Shown here: positions 1-19,915 of the stretch, piece by piece
How the letters are laid out: each line of letters begins with the position of its first letter
How positions within the stretch are numbered: position 1 is the first letter of the stretch
Assembly (NCBI GenBank): GCA_949358305.1
Contig: OX442314.1
Location: forward strand, 16,244,001-16,308,000
Length of the DNA: 64,000 bases
Origin: Strigamia acuminata
Lineage: Eukaryota
Reading direction: 5' to 3'
The notes under the pieces: generated by a model
What the model was told of the DNA's origin: nothing
The model's database searches: none
Seen by the model: only the letters and a program-made list of their open reading frames with translations
Translations under genes and position numbers: made by a program

Positions 1-3000
1 TTGCCACCCAACACCTCACGATAAAAAGGTTAGTGATAATAAATCGTCTGTCAACTTCAATAAAGAATGGCTGCAACTGACAAAGAGAATTGTATCTGCG
101 CATTCCAATTCCCATCGGTGCAGCGTACAGGTGTATAAAGGCTGGTTAATCAACAGATAACTAGAATTTATTTTTGTTGTTTGAATCATCAGTAATCCAC
201 CATCCCATCAGGTGGAAACACACCTAGCGCTTGCCAATTGCTTTATACAAGTCGAATTATTGACATCCCACGTGCAATTCATTTCCCCGATGACAAAGTT
301 TGTCCTATTGGTTATCGTGTTGACAATCCGTGTTCATTCGAACGTGCCATACAGCAATGACAATAATAGCAAACAAAATCTTTAAGAATCATTTGAGCTT
401 TCTGCTCATAAACGTTCATCACTCATCAGTTCTTAAGTCAACAAGTTCTCTTAAAGTACGGTGAGCAAAAAGCATGAAAAATAAAAAATTAGAATTTTAG
501 TTACGAAAACAATGTTCCAGGATGGGAAATTTACATGCAAAGATACAGTATACAATTTCAATTTTTAGGTGCAAAATCCACTTGCAAAATTCTTTTAAAT
601 AAAAGTGCAGTTTTGGCTTTAAAAACAGATTATTAAGTAAAAAAAATACATTTTGGACCAACGTACACGCGTTTTTATGATTGCAAACGATCACCTTATT
701 AAAATGCACCAGGTGTAAAAAATACAGTTTGTTCAAACTTTTAAGATGTGAACACAGAAACACTTTTTTTCCCGATTATAATCCAAATAGAATCTCGTGG
801 AAGATTGTTTTCCATCTGCTAATGGTGCACCATTACCATATCAATGCGGGCTGAACTATATCTGGATAAAAACGTGATTGAAAGTAATGAAACATAAATA
901 ACTTTCCAGAAGTTTAGAACTAGCTAAAATTGTAATATGAATACGAGAGATAGATATTGAGTATAATTGTTTCACAAAATTCATCCCATGGAACCTTGGC
1001 GAGTGTTATATAATATTAAACTTAGAAGTACAATAGTATTATGTGACACTAAAACAAACAAGCATCATAATGACACAGTTCACATAACAACAATTGCTAA
1101 CAAATAGAAAGTGAATCCTTGACAACCGAAAAATAGGTCTCAACTAGCTGGAAAAATTGGAAAACTTAGACAAATTCGAGTCCTGTAACCCAAGTTTCAG
1201 AAATTAGAATAATGATGTGCATTGAGTAGAAGCAAGGAAGTAACGAGAGTGCATTTAGATACCGAATAACCGATCCCATAAAAAACGTTTGCGCAGTCGG
1301 AGGGCTGTACGGTGCAGCATCACAAAAGGATTGACTACTACGAGTATCACTAGATCTCTGGTCGAGTGTGGTCAATCTGTGCCTTTTATTTCTGACGAAA
1401 TGGTATATTTGCATTTTTGCAAATATATTGGTTCATTATGTAATATCAAACATTCGAAACATGATATATCATACGGGATAATTTTCTTTTAAACAGTTTG
1501 TTGTTTGCTCTATGAGCAATTTTGACTTTACAGTTGTAGTCAGGTTTTATCTTGTTTCTTCAGAAACCTTTTTTATGTGAAGCAGCAGTGGACTCTTTTG
1601 TGATCATTAGATCAAAAAGCTTTGTTTCTAAATTGAAAAACAAAAATCAATCGAGCCATGTGTTTATTAGCCAGGCCAAAAGGCCAAAAGGCCAAAAAGT
1701 CTACTCATTCTAAAAAAATGCGTTTTTTAAACAATTTTTCCTTGGGTTCATTCATGCACAAGTTTGAATGCGAGTTAATAAAGGAAAAGTGGCAATATTT
1801 TGAGCCGGAAAAAAGGCAACGGCAAACATAAAAATGTGTAAATCTAAGCCGCTATCCCCATAGCAACGAAGATTCACTGCTCCAACCTCATTTTAAGACG
1901 ACACAAAGTTTGCATTAAATTCATGTACGGTCAACTTTTTGTATAAACATCTCACAGCAGTGCATCAACAAATTAAAATTTCTACCTAAATAAGCTTAAT
2001 TTATAAATTTACTGCTATTATAATCTAAACTTTTAACAGTTTTACAAATGAATTCTCTTAAGAATAATTGAAAACTTAATGTAGTGTAAACTCCAAGTGA
2101 TGTGTAATTTCTATGCTGCAGATCCACATTTGGATCTGGAAAAGGTTATCTGTCTGCCCCAAGTGAAAATATTAATATTGATAACTCGGTTCCGAACAAC
2201 AAGTAAAACCCTCGAGTATAATTTTATGTATGCTAAACTACGTTTTATACCAGTAATAATTTATTTAGAATAATTAAAGTTTCAAATGGGACTTTGAATT
2301 AGCGCAGAGAAATTGGATTGATTTTAAGCGCAGAAAAATGCCGCTTTTAATCATTGTGGTTATTGGCTAACAACTACTGTTAACTGAAGCTTGAAAATGT
2401 TCGGTGTAATTTTCGTATGCAAAGAAATATATCAATTCGTGTATTGATTTTTCATTAAACCAACCTAAACACCTCGTTTCAAATAGCTTAGAATTTAATT
2501 TAAAAACTAACGTTCTGTTTAATAAGTACCACCCACATGATATTGAATCATTAAACCAAATCGTGAACTGACGTTTGAGTGAAGGCAGAAAATAATTAAA
2601 ATGTGTTTTTGTGTACTTTCATCTCTAGGTTATGTTCGCTACTAAATTGATAAATACAATTGGTGTGGACGATTTGACGATTAAATATATCACACACCCC
2701 GCATAATTTGTTCTTATTTTTGTTTAAAATTGAATTTACTGAAGCCACCCCATGGAGTTTTCTAGTAATTTGAATTTTATAGCATAATTCTTTAATCAAA
2801 GTACACCGCAGCTACACGCTGTATATTTCAGATTTAAAACTTCCTTTCATTCAATTTATTCTGTCACAAAATAACTATCAATTGGATCGGGTTTAAAAGA
2901 AAAGCAAACCCCACGGGGATGCTTTTAATAAACTCATTTCCAACACAATCTTCCCTCAATCCAGCCTGCGAGATAAGCAACTCCATAGTCGAGTGTTTTA

Positions 3001-3115
3001 CTTCATTCTCCTCGAATGAGTTTATCGGGTTCTGTTGAAAAGCAGAACATCGGTGGCTGCCCCATAGCGTCTTTCAAAAATCTTATTTATAATTTATACT
3101 ACCCACAAATCTTAC

Positions 3116-3628
3116 CTGCGGAACAGAACAGATGGTGCTCATAATCCATGCGCCTATCAACATGAGTTTACCTCTTCTGTACGAATAGTGAATGGCCATA
3201 GGATGGAGAATAGCAAAGTATCGATCTACACTGATGCACACGAGCACGAAAGATGACAAGAAGAGACCGAAGGTGCGAAAAAATGCAAATATGCGACACA
3301 TAGCATCCCCGGCCCACCACGATACGGTCGCTGCCCACGCAATCTCCAATGGCATCATCACAAAAGTTACCAGAAGATCGCCAACTGCCAAGTGAATTAG
3401 CATGAGATCCACCAAGGATTTTTTCTTGCGTCGTCGGAAAACTAACGATGCAAGTACACTCAAGTTGCCGATACCAGAAACGAGCACCAGAACACTGTAA
3501 GTAACTATTGAGACCAGATGATGCTCTCCGAATTGCAGCTCTGGAGGAAACTCGGGCTCACTTTCATTCGTATGTGAGTTATTGTCCTGTGGCCATAAAG
3601 ACGAGCTTGTGCTCAACTTCAAACTCAT
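3116..3628 (-). CDS. First coding exon (N-terminus to TM4) of an adipokinetic hormone / ACP / GnRH-type neuropeptide GPCR; partial gene
   Basis: Translation has class A GPCR motifs: GN in TM1, HLAVGDLLVTF in TM2, PLEIAWAATVSWWAGDAMCR (typical of AKH/GnRH receptors), DRY, and N-glycosylation sequons (NNS, NES). It ends SVPQ at a CAG|gtaag donor (3116). First ATG in the frame is at 3628 (the ORF track start 3673 is GTG). No downstream exons recognised in 1-3115. Confidence 0.88.
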
Positions 3629-5221
3629 GCTGACTGTCGACGTGATCAGCTCGCTCACTCTCTCACTATGCACTCACTCTCTCTCTCTTTCAATTTTTCC
3701 TCCGTCCTCTCTCCACTAGTGCCACCTAGTCCCAGTGTACGTCTTAGATCAATGTGAAGCTCGTGTAGTCACATGACCCTCACATCACGTGATGATGAAA
3801 ATTGAATTGAAAATACTGTAGAGAATGTTTGGGTAGATGAAAAGAAGTTGAATGTGTTAAGTACAAGTAGAAGAAAAAAAGAGATTGGGTATTTTTCGTA
3901 TCACAACGTGTATGTTTTCCAATCTCGTTGATAATTATTGATTGTCATCTGCATTTAATCCCATAGAGAGTTGCAAAGTCCATTAAATGTACAGAGGCTT
4001 ACAATTAGGTTCAAGTTTTAATTCGATTTAAAAGTTTTTTTTTTGTTAATTAATGTGCGATGTCAGCACTCTCTGCATAAAGATTGTTTCATAGTACATG
4101 TAATAAATATTTCAATATCGTGCTTTCATTTGGATCGGTTGCCAAAAAGAATGGATGCGAGCGCACATTCACTCTAATAAAACAAATGCAGCGAAAATAC
4201 TATTTTGCATTTTTCGACGTCAACATTGCAAGTGTAAGCTACATTTCACTTTGAATTATAACATAAAAAAGTTTATTTTTAATTTATTTTTATTAGTTTT
4301 ACAAGTTAAATCAATTTTTTTTTAAAAAGTATAAATAGCACATTTTGAAATCGATTTTCATCTTATGACACGCTTTAAATATTTATAGAAAATTAATCTG
4401 TGTTAGTTGCCGCTTGCTTTACATTGCAGTGAGGCAATTCACAGCAGTTTCTCCGGTTAATTAAACTAGAAATTTGGCATTTATCTAAGACTTATTTTAC
4501 TTTTAAAAGAATTTCTGTTTGTTATCTTTAAGGCCTGGCACTCGATTCTTACAGAAACACCAACGGTGAACAGAAATTGAATCTGGTGGCTGTAGACATA
4601 CCACAATCTTTTATCAAACATCGAGTTGCAACTGTCAGCACTTCTCTTACAAGTTAGGTGACCCTTCCACCAATTTAGTTTGAAGCCTTACAAAACAAGT
4701 TTGTATAGATTGTGAGTGTTCTTTTTTTTGGTAAATCACTGATGAGATTTTTTTTGTGTATAGTAGCAAAGTTTTTTTTCTTTTCCCCGGGTGATTTAGT
4801 TTTTTATTCCGTCGATAAGTAAGAAAATGTTGCTTTTATGCATTTTCAATATTGTGTTCAATTTCCGATTTCAAAATACGACAAACTTGTATGGTTTCCA
4901 AACCTAAAAAGGCTTCAGTTCACTTAAATTTCACCTTTTACAAATCAGTTTAAAATTGAAATGTGTTAAAAAGGCGTGATTTAAATTTAGAAAATTCGAT
5001 CAATTTTGCAATAGCATTAAAATGTTAATGGAGATTAAGTTACTTCTCAATTTCTCATACTATGAAAAGTTAAACATTTATTACGCATTTTCTCTTTCCT
5101 CGTACAGCTTTGCTGCATTGCACTTCCTGACATAAATGTAAATTTTATTATTTTGCGAAACGTGAGTTGCGAAGAAATTTTTCAACTTTTATCAAATATA
5201 CAATATATATATATATATATA

Positions 5222-5970
5222 CAGGGTGTCCTAAAAGTCTGTACCCCTCCAAATATTTCCTGAGCAATTGCATCTAGGCCAACTTTGATAAAGCGATCGT
5301 ATAGGAAGTTGGGTGAGAGCAGTCCAATGACGTTATCAAATTTGACCTTGAAGGTCATTTTCAAGGTCATTCACTTGCTAACTTCTAAACCAATCAGGTT
5401 AGAGCAAAAATGTCAATTACAAAGTTGTAGAGCACCATCAAATTAGTACTATCCAACTTATCTTAGTCATCTTAAGTTAAATGTTTTCCTTTTAAAAAGG
5501 AGACAAATCAGAAGAAAAAAATCAGCAACGTGAAATTTTTTATTGTTGTGATAAAATAATTATTGAGGCATTTTACTTGTTTCCTTGCATAATGATGCAC
5601 ATTTGAATACGTTTATTAAGTAATTTAGTTTTTTTGTAATAGAAATTTAAGTTTTGTCACAATGGCTGGTTTCATTTCAGCTGATTTGTCTCCTTTTTAA
5701 AAGAAAAACACTTAACTTAAAATGACTAAGATAAATTGGATAGTACTAATTTGATGGTGCTCTACAACTTTGTAATTGACTTTTTTGCTCTAACCTGATT
5801 GGTTTAGAAGTTAGCAAGTGAATAACCTTGAAAATGACCTTCAAAGTCAAATTTGATGCCGTCATTGGATTGCTCTCACCCAACTTCCTATACGATTGCT
5901 TCATCAAAGTTGGCCTAGATGTCATTGCTCAGGAAATATTTGGAGGGGTATAGACTTTTAGGACACCCTG
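5222..5970. mobile_element. Tc1/mariner-type MITE (749 bp) with ~290-bp terminal inverted repeats
   Basis: Starts cagggtgtcctaaaagtct and ends agacttttaggacaccctg, with TA on both sides. Arms ~5222-5511 and ~5681-5970 are near-perfect reverse complements. No coding capacity. Confidence 0.9.
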
Positions 5971-6216
5971 TATATATTTAAGTTATATGTATACATTTAA
6001 CAATAATTTATTTCGTGGTGACAAACATTTTAAAAATAGCAAAAAATTCTATTTCTGTGTTGTAAAAGAAAAAACCGTACCGTAAACAACACATGGGATT
6101 CGTGCGAACCAAACGGCAACTTCAACCTTTACTTTGAAAAATCCTTAGAACTGTTAGTTTATAATTTGTTTTCAATGAGCACAAAGTGAAGAAAATTGTT
6201 ATTCTTCGAAAAATTG

Positions 6217-6256
6217 TTGTAATCATTGTAATCGTTGTAATCATTGTAATCATTGT
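6217..6256. repeat. Short tandem repeat, 9-bp unit ttgtaatca, ~4 copies
   Basis: ttgtaatcattgtaatcgttgtaatcattgtaatcattgt read directly. Confidence 0.8.
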
Positions 6257-6884
6257 CTAAACTGTTTTCCAAAACAATTTGATATGTTTTTTACTAAAAC
6301 TAACTTCTATAACTGAATTAAAAAAATCATGATACGTACAAGTGTTGTAAGCGTTTTTGTTTCTGTTTTGTGATGTTAAAAGATACAAAAACAAACACCA
6401 AAAACACCAAAACACGACTTTTTAATGCTCAGCTACTGAACAAAAATGTCCGTATTTTTCTAATAATGCATTTCTAATTTCATTGAGCACAAATTAGTCT
6501 TAAATTATTACGCTATTCCAAAATTCAAATTAAAAATGCAGTGGTTTCTACTGTAAAAATAAAACTGCACATTTTTTTAATCATTACTTTTGCATACACC
6601 AGATTTTTCTTAAAAAAAATTAATCAAAAAGTACTTAACAACTCCCTACAGTGTGTTAATGCAATATCAGTGTCCAAGTATGATGGATGAGATACTCTTT
6701 GAAATTATCCAGCTGTTTTTCCTCCGCAATAAAAAATCAATAATGCATCAGTGATAATTCAAAAACAAATAAATCAACAGTAGTTGTGCTTCTGTCATTA
6801 AGTTTGTAGTCATGTTTTGATATATCAGTAGAGAATCAGCAATGGCTGATTGACTGCATGCAGCCAACGGTGGATGAAATTACT

Positions 6885-7321
6885 AATCAGTAGGTTTAAA
6901 ACAGATGCTCTTCATTAACTTTAAAAGAAACAAGGTACAATGGCGTAGCCAACACAGTGATTACCATACCAGAAAAGATCTAACGTCTTCTTTATTCGTC
7001 TCTCCGGAATGTTTAATAAATCACTTCACGATCCAACAAACTAACTCGCTAACTTGAACAACAATAGTCGACTAGTAATTGAAAGCTGATTGTTTACAAA
7101 ATAATGGTTTACAAAAATCAGTAGGTTTAAAATAGATGCTCTTCATTAACTTTAAAAGACACAAGGTACAATGGCGTAGCCAAGACAGTGATTACCATGA
7201 CAGAAAAGATCTAACGTCATCTTTATTCGTCTCTCCGGAATGCTTAATAAATCACTTCACGATCCAAGAAACTAACTCGCTAACTTGAACAACAATAGTC
7301 GTCTAGTAATTGAAAGTTGAT
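6885..7321. repeat. Tandem duplication, period ~231 bp, two highly similar copies
   Basis: aatcagtaggtttaaaa...ctagtaattgaaag occurs starting at 6885 and again at 7116 with only scattered substitutions. Confidence 0.9.
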
Positions 7322-9767
7322 GAGATAGGTTTACAAAATCTTATGTAGCATAGATACAGAAGGAATAAAACTTTTCTAAAGAAAATTGAATTTCGTACTT
7401 CTTTTGTTCAATTTAGATATTTCCTTAAAGGTACTTAACCTGAAGCCAGCTCAATTACAGCTGGTAAATTTACTTGTAATTGACAGTTATTTAACTTTAA
7501 AAAAAAATCCCACCTAAGAATTACTTAAGTTAATATTTTGTTTGCTAGAGGCTGCCACTTTCACTTTTATTTTCGAATCATTTCCATCTATTCTTATCTT
7601 GAGGCAGAAAAAAGTTGTTGCTAATTTTTCATTTCCATAAGTTATTAAATTTTATTGTGTTGAACTTTTAAATTTTAATCCACGTTGTACACAGAAACCT
7701 TTTTACGTGCTAAGTTTGCATAAAAATAATAAACGAAGGTATAATAACAATTTTTGCTGACTCATTTAGGTGCGTCTAAGGTGAAATGACACATAAACGT
7801 CACCACATTAGAGAAACAACTAAAATGTCCAATACGAAAACAAAGCAACATTTGAATTTGTTTTAACACGGGAAGTGAAGCAAGTACGTGATAATTGCTA
7901 ATATTTGCAAACTTTCTCAAATGGAAACAAAACTTTGAATAAATTTGAATTTAATTCATGTAATAAATCGTAATAATCAATAAGAAAACTTTCGCTCGAA
8001 AGATTCAACATATTAATGTGTGACCTAGTCGTCTAATAAGAGATTTTGTGTACGGAAAAATCGATACAACGGATAAGACGAGAATTATGTGTAAGTCTTT
8101 ACAGGAAATGAAATGCACTAGTGTCAAGAAAACTTACCCTATTTTTCTTTTGAGAGTATTAACTTTTTTATACGACTTAAAGAAAACTGACAATTTCAAT
8201 AGTACTTCAAAATAATCCTACAGTTTGAAAAGGCATTGGGTGCATTCAATATTGGGGCAAAAATGGTCGCCTTTGATGTTGTAAAGAAAAGAAAAAAAAG
8301 TTTTTCTATCGAAAATCAATGGCAAAACATACTTATTTGCACTAAACTAGTTTTGTAACATGTTAAACCGAATCACGCCGGGTTTCTACACCCGAATGCA
8401 GCTAACTTAACTTTGATACATCTAATATTGATTGAGAAACGTGAAACGGAAAGGATCATATATCTTTTCCTCTGTCAACATTCCTCTGGCAAAGTAAGTT
8501 ATCAAATCAATTCTCCCCGCCAACATTTGTTGTCTTATTGCTTTTTTAAAAAAAATTGTTTCGACGCTATTTAGTCTGACTAATATAATACTCCGTATTT
8601 GTTTATCCAGACAAATACAATTTTCAGAAAAAACTATTTTATCAAAAATCGACATTTGACGTCATTTTGAATGAATTACTAACACCGGCTATCTAAGATA
8701 TTTCCTGTTGGTATTTCCATTTTCAAATGACGCAAAAGAGATTGATAAAAGCTCTCGAAGCTATAAGAACCGGATGCAGTTACGTTACGTCCAATACAAA
8801 ATTACGAACAGCAAGCAAAAACATAACTCTTCACAAGCACCTCCTATGTTGCCCTCATTATCTGTGATGAAGAGTTAAGATAACACAAATCAATCCACAA
8901 TAGCAACCTGTAGTGAACTTTATTACGCTAAAAGCATTTCAATTATTATAGTATACACATGAAGTAAACTTCCCGATTGATTAATAACCCTAACAAATAA
9001 GAAAATCAATTGAAAAATGCGACTTATTTTTTGTTTTTTTTAAGTACAGAAGAAAATTAATCAAATTTAGGAGGAATGCCACTGAAGAAAAGTCAATTCT
9101 CTACGAAAGGCACAAACACAAGAAATGAGAAAATCTATGTATTTCTTGTTGAGATAATTATGCTAAACTCGATAGCAATACCAACTATTTAATACTTAAG
9201 GAGAGAAATATACACAAGTACTCAAAATTACTAATTGCAAAATACACATTAAATGGCGTAGGCAAAGGCATCAATTGTGATAAGAAAGCCGACACAGAAT
9301 TGGATGTCAAATTCTTCCCTACGAACTTAAAACCGAATTGAAAATGTACAATTTGTTTAATTTAAAACACATAAATAATGCAATAATTCGGAGTTTTGCC
9401 CTAATACGTCAATTATTAGAGGGTTGATTACCACATCAAACCGTCCTCCTTCAGCAGCAAAATTGACAAAAACTAAAACAGTATTGCAACACATTGACTA
9501 AAAATCCTTAAATTATTAAACTCATCGTTAAAATCATTCGCAATTCTGACGGGATTTGTTCAAACCTCCATCGACTCCACATACAATACATTAGGAATGT
9601 TTTAAATGTTACAAACGTAATATTCACAGCCTTGAATCAAATAAAAATAATCAATTAAAAAATAATTACTGTTGATTCCAAGTCTGTATCCGCTAAGCCC
9701 AGAATTGTCATTATACATCATGATTTTATTTTTATAGAAAATTCACCAAAATAGCTTGCAACATCAA

Positions 9768-15709
<5,942 letters not shown>

Positions 15710-16100
15710 TTTGTGTCGATGCTGCACCGCAGTGTCGCTTGTTTCCTCGTGTTTTTTACCCGCTCCCAAGCAAGCCAAGGCAGTAAATATGATTTTAAAA
15801 CGTTAAAACGGAAACAAAAGACTAAACTTAAACAATAAACGTAATTTCTAAATCTGATGAAAGCAATGTGGTGCCAATAAACAACTGCATTGCAGCTTCA
15901 AATCCCGGCAGATAAATATCAAACTGGATTTACGATTTACGGTGAAATACAAGCCATGAAATTCTAACGGAACGGGAGTTAAGAACTAGGTAAAATAAAT
16001 AAAACTACAGATTACTAAGTGGACGTGGGTATTACGGGTAGGGAAAATGGACAAATGCTAGCTGTTATTGATTAAAAAACCCCGAGCTGGTCTCACACGA

Positions 16101-16139
16101 TGACGTCGGAATTCAGCAATCCGCGCATGCGCCATATTT
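16101..16139. promoter_or_regulatory. Probable KLC promoter motifs (CRE-like TGACGTC, NRF1/EWG-type GCGCATGCGC)
   Basis: tgacgtc at 16101-16107 and gcgcatgcgc at 16123-16132, about 400 bp upstream of the KLC ATG, in otherwise AT-rich DNA. Confidence 0.45.
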
Positions 16140-17631
16140 ATTAGAGTGAAATAAGTGTAACGCATACAAACAATAATAAAAATAATAAAATGATTTAACA
16201 TTTCTTGCGCGTCATTTTATTTTCGATTATTAAATTTTTCTGATAAATTCACTTAAATTTGTTGATTTCATTGAATATAAATAAAAACGATGGGAGGAAA
16301 AAGTGCAAAACTTTTTTTTCCTTCAACCTGGAGTCATAAATTGGTGACTCAACTACTAGTAGGTTGTAGTTGTCAAGAATACAATGCTTGGCTGCTTGAG
16401 TGTACAAGAAAAATGCTGCACGACGTCGCAAAACTTAAAAACCTCTTATTAAGTAAGGAATTCAACTGCAAATTCGCATTGCACCTACGTAGCAATTATA
16501 GCTGCAACTGCATGCAGTTCCAGTGCCAGGAGAAATTAATATTTATCTATTTAGAGCACAATTTTAATATTTACATTTTGTAATAATAAATAATAATAAT
16601 AATATCTAATTGAATTGATGGAATATTTTTATCTCTCAAGCGACACACATTCAACAGAGAAAAGAAAATATCAATTCGTTGCAACCAAAACAATCACCAC
16701 AATAATGTGAAGTGATCGATACATTCTCTGGGTCGTCTTTTGTACATGATTGAAATGTTTCCAAAGCTACGCCCAGGTTGGTTGATAGAGATTCTCTGAT
16801 ACTTTCTTTCCTCCAGCCTAAACCTCATTTTCAGCCCTTTCGTCTTTGTGCGGAACCTCGCCATAAGTGCATTTAATATAATTGAAATAAATTATTAAGT
16901 GCCTTTACAAGCGACGAATGTTGTTCAATTGTTCACACTTCTTACCTAATAATCAGCCGCTACGGAAGTTTACCAACACTAACACTGCAAAATCATAACA
17001 ACTCGATCACGAGAGCAATGGCGGCGTTTGGCCGACGAGTGGCACACAGGAAAGGAAGTGACGACAAACTTGAATAAATGAAACAACACTTTTATTTTTA
17101 GTATTTATCACTAGATGGAGACTATCAAGTCAGGTTTCGGTAACACGTGAAACATCTCATGCGACCTAGTTTTGAGACCGCGTTGAGTCCTTTCTATCGA
17201 CTCTGAGTCAGCCCAGCATTTTTATTGTTTTTTTTTTACAGAGCGCAATCTAATCAGTAATCATATAATCAAAGTGTGACATTTTATTTTCCAACAAAAT
17301 AAATATTATAAAAATAGGTAAATCTGACTGACACAAAACATGGGGTAGGGTATCCCAAATCGCAATTCCATTACAGTTTTGAATTTATGTCTAGATTTAT
17401 TAAACCCGGAAATGCTGTTCACAACTATACTGGAAAAGGTATGTTACTTAAGTTTTGTATATAGTAATCGTAAATTCAAGCTTTTTTTTCTAACTTGTAA
17501 GTTAAACACATTTTCCTCTTTATCACAGCAATAGTAATCATTTTTGTAACAAACACAACATAATCCATCAAGTCCAGCTTGTAAGTATAAAATATAAAAT
17601 GATACCGGAAACACGGTAACAAGATCTTGTA

Positions 17632-19915
17632 TTAAGAACTTTTGGACGAACTAGAGGGATTTTTTAATTCCTGACTTACACCAGGTATCGTTTTATTTAC
17701 AGAGTTAAACGAGTTCGACAAACTGTCATGTCTAAGCAGTGGTTGTTCTTCGTCTGGCACACTCTTATTCATCATCCTTTCCACGTCTTCTACTGTATTT
17801 GGCATAACCTTGCTAAACGTTTCCGGAAGAAAGGCGATTGCAAAAGCTGACAACAGCGATAAAACACCATACAATGTATGAGGTAGTGGTTTCCACACAT
17901 GATTCTTTAAGGACAAAAATTATTTTACGTCTTGTTTATAGAATGATGCGAAATATGTATGAATATTTACCAAAGTATACAATATTGAAGGTGAAACTGT
18001 GCTTCCTAGTCGACTCGCTGTGATGCCAATTCCAAGTCCAGTTCCTCTGTGATAAAGAAGAAACTAAATGTGAGTAATTTTATATTTTTTAAATTAATTA
18101 AATTAAAACCTAAGGACTGTGGGCAGCAATTCTGATGAATACGTAATCATATTAGCAGTTATGGCAGCAACTATATTCCTGCTCATTAGAGCCATGTAAA
18201 TCGTCATTGTTTGTATTGATTCGTGTCCGTCTTTGAAGTAGTACATCAAAATGTACGAACAAACGGTCATCAAGCCACTCGAAATTAATAGAATCACTAA
18301 AATTTTCACACGTCCAAACCTTGAAAGTAAAATTGAAAAAAAAAATAAGTATTAAAGTACGATACTACTGTTTATAAGCAGCAAAACAAGTGAAATTTTG
18401 GCGTGCGTACCACGTGAAAAGAAATAATGATGCTGTAATCACAACTATTTGAATTCCAGCATTAATCAAAAAATTTATATATAAATTTCCATCCAACGCT
18501 GTTATTGAAAGAGATAAACCATTCATAACGCAAGCATTTGCAAACCTAGCAGTAGTTAAAGAAAATATAGGTTTTTTTGAGTAATATTTCCGGTACTTAC
18601 ATCATGAATATGGTTATCAACATAATTTTTCTTAAAGAAGAATTACAAAACAACAATTTCAAATTTGTCCAGCCTTGTGATTTGGATTTTATACATTTCT
18701 GCTTTTGGATTTGTTGATTCTGCTCTTCTATATCCGCTCTCAATGTCGGCGATATCGGAATGCCATTGCACTTAGCAAACTTAGTTAGAATTTTTTCTGA
18801 CATTTCTAATCTTCCTTCGCTTATTAGCCAAGTCACAGACTCCGGAACAAACCTAAAATTCGCAGAATAGAATTAAAATTTTACTCACAACGTAGTTATT
18901 TTATCAACTACCATGTTGTGATAACTGAGATTATTATAAGTAGTCCCTGAACGAATTGAACAGTCTTCCAGCTTAATAAAAAGTACACCATGAATGATTG
19001 AATCGGAAGCAAAATTGCAGCCATCATTCCGAATATAAAACTCATAACTGTCCTCATTTGACGACGAAATAATTCGAAAAGGTATGTTAAACACACTGTT
19101 TGAACGCCCTTAAATAAATTAGAAAGAAATATTAAGTATTTTTTTTAATTCTTTTATATTAATTGCATCAAATACTTGTGCAATCAATCCCAATAAAAAT
19201 CGAGTGATAATAAGAGTGAGTACATCCGGCGAGAATGAGCAAGCAATCGAGAGAATGCACAGTAGGGATATTAGACAATTCAAAATTTTTTTCCGTCCAT
19301 ACTTGTCTGATAAGTGGCCAAATATAAGACCACCAATCATTACTCCAACGTACGGTAGGGTTAAAGATAAGCGAAAAAGATACTCGCGATCACACACCAT
19401 GTTGAACTGTGGGCGAAAAAGTACAAATTGTTACGAACAATCGAACAATTTTAATCAGTTTATTTAGCACAAAGGAACAAAGTGTAACTCGATTATACAA
19501 GATGTAGTTAATTTTATTATTTACCTCGTTAGATGGATAGAGTTCGGATTTAATTGTTTTGTATTCAAATCCATTAGGACATGACATGAGACCTTCACTA
19601 TGGTCGGACGGATTTGAATACATTTGGCAATTATTACTCCTTGGAATTGATGCGTTGAGAGTCCAATTCCAATTTTCAGGCAACTAGAAAAGAGTTTGTA
19701 AAAACTGTTTTAAACAACTTGAATTGTGGCAATTAAATATACGTGTATTATTTTACCTTGCAATAATGGTCTGGGACGTACGAAACAATAATGTTGAATT
19801 GTTGTGCCATGGTCCATTGCATCAAAACAACAAGAACTATTAGACTGCATAGTAATTGACCCCGACCAGGATTTCCAAATTCAGTAAGAAAATCATCTAA
19901 ACTTTTGAGTGCCAT
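17632..19915 (-). CDS. SLC22-like MFS organic ion transporter, copy A (9 coding exons)
   Basis: MALKSLDDFLTEFGNPGRGQ start; CPNGFEY...PSNE|FNMVCDR loop; motif A SDKYGRK; PESVTWL; SELLPTVLR; LPETF; short GT-AG introns; stop at 17632. Confidence 0.88.

Noticed and set aside
1..3100. Downstream exons (TM5-TM7) of the GPCR
   Set aside because: No segment with recognisable receptor motifs found; probably intron, with the remaining exons outside the window.
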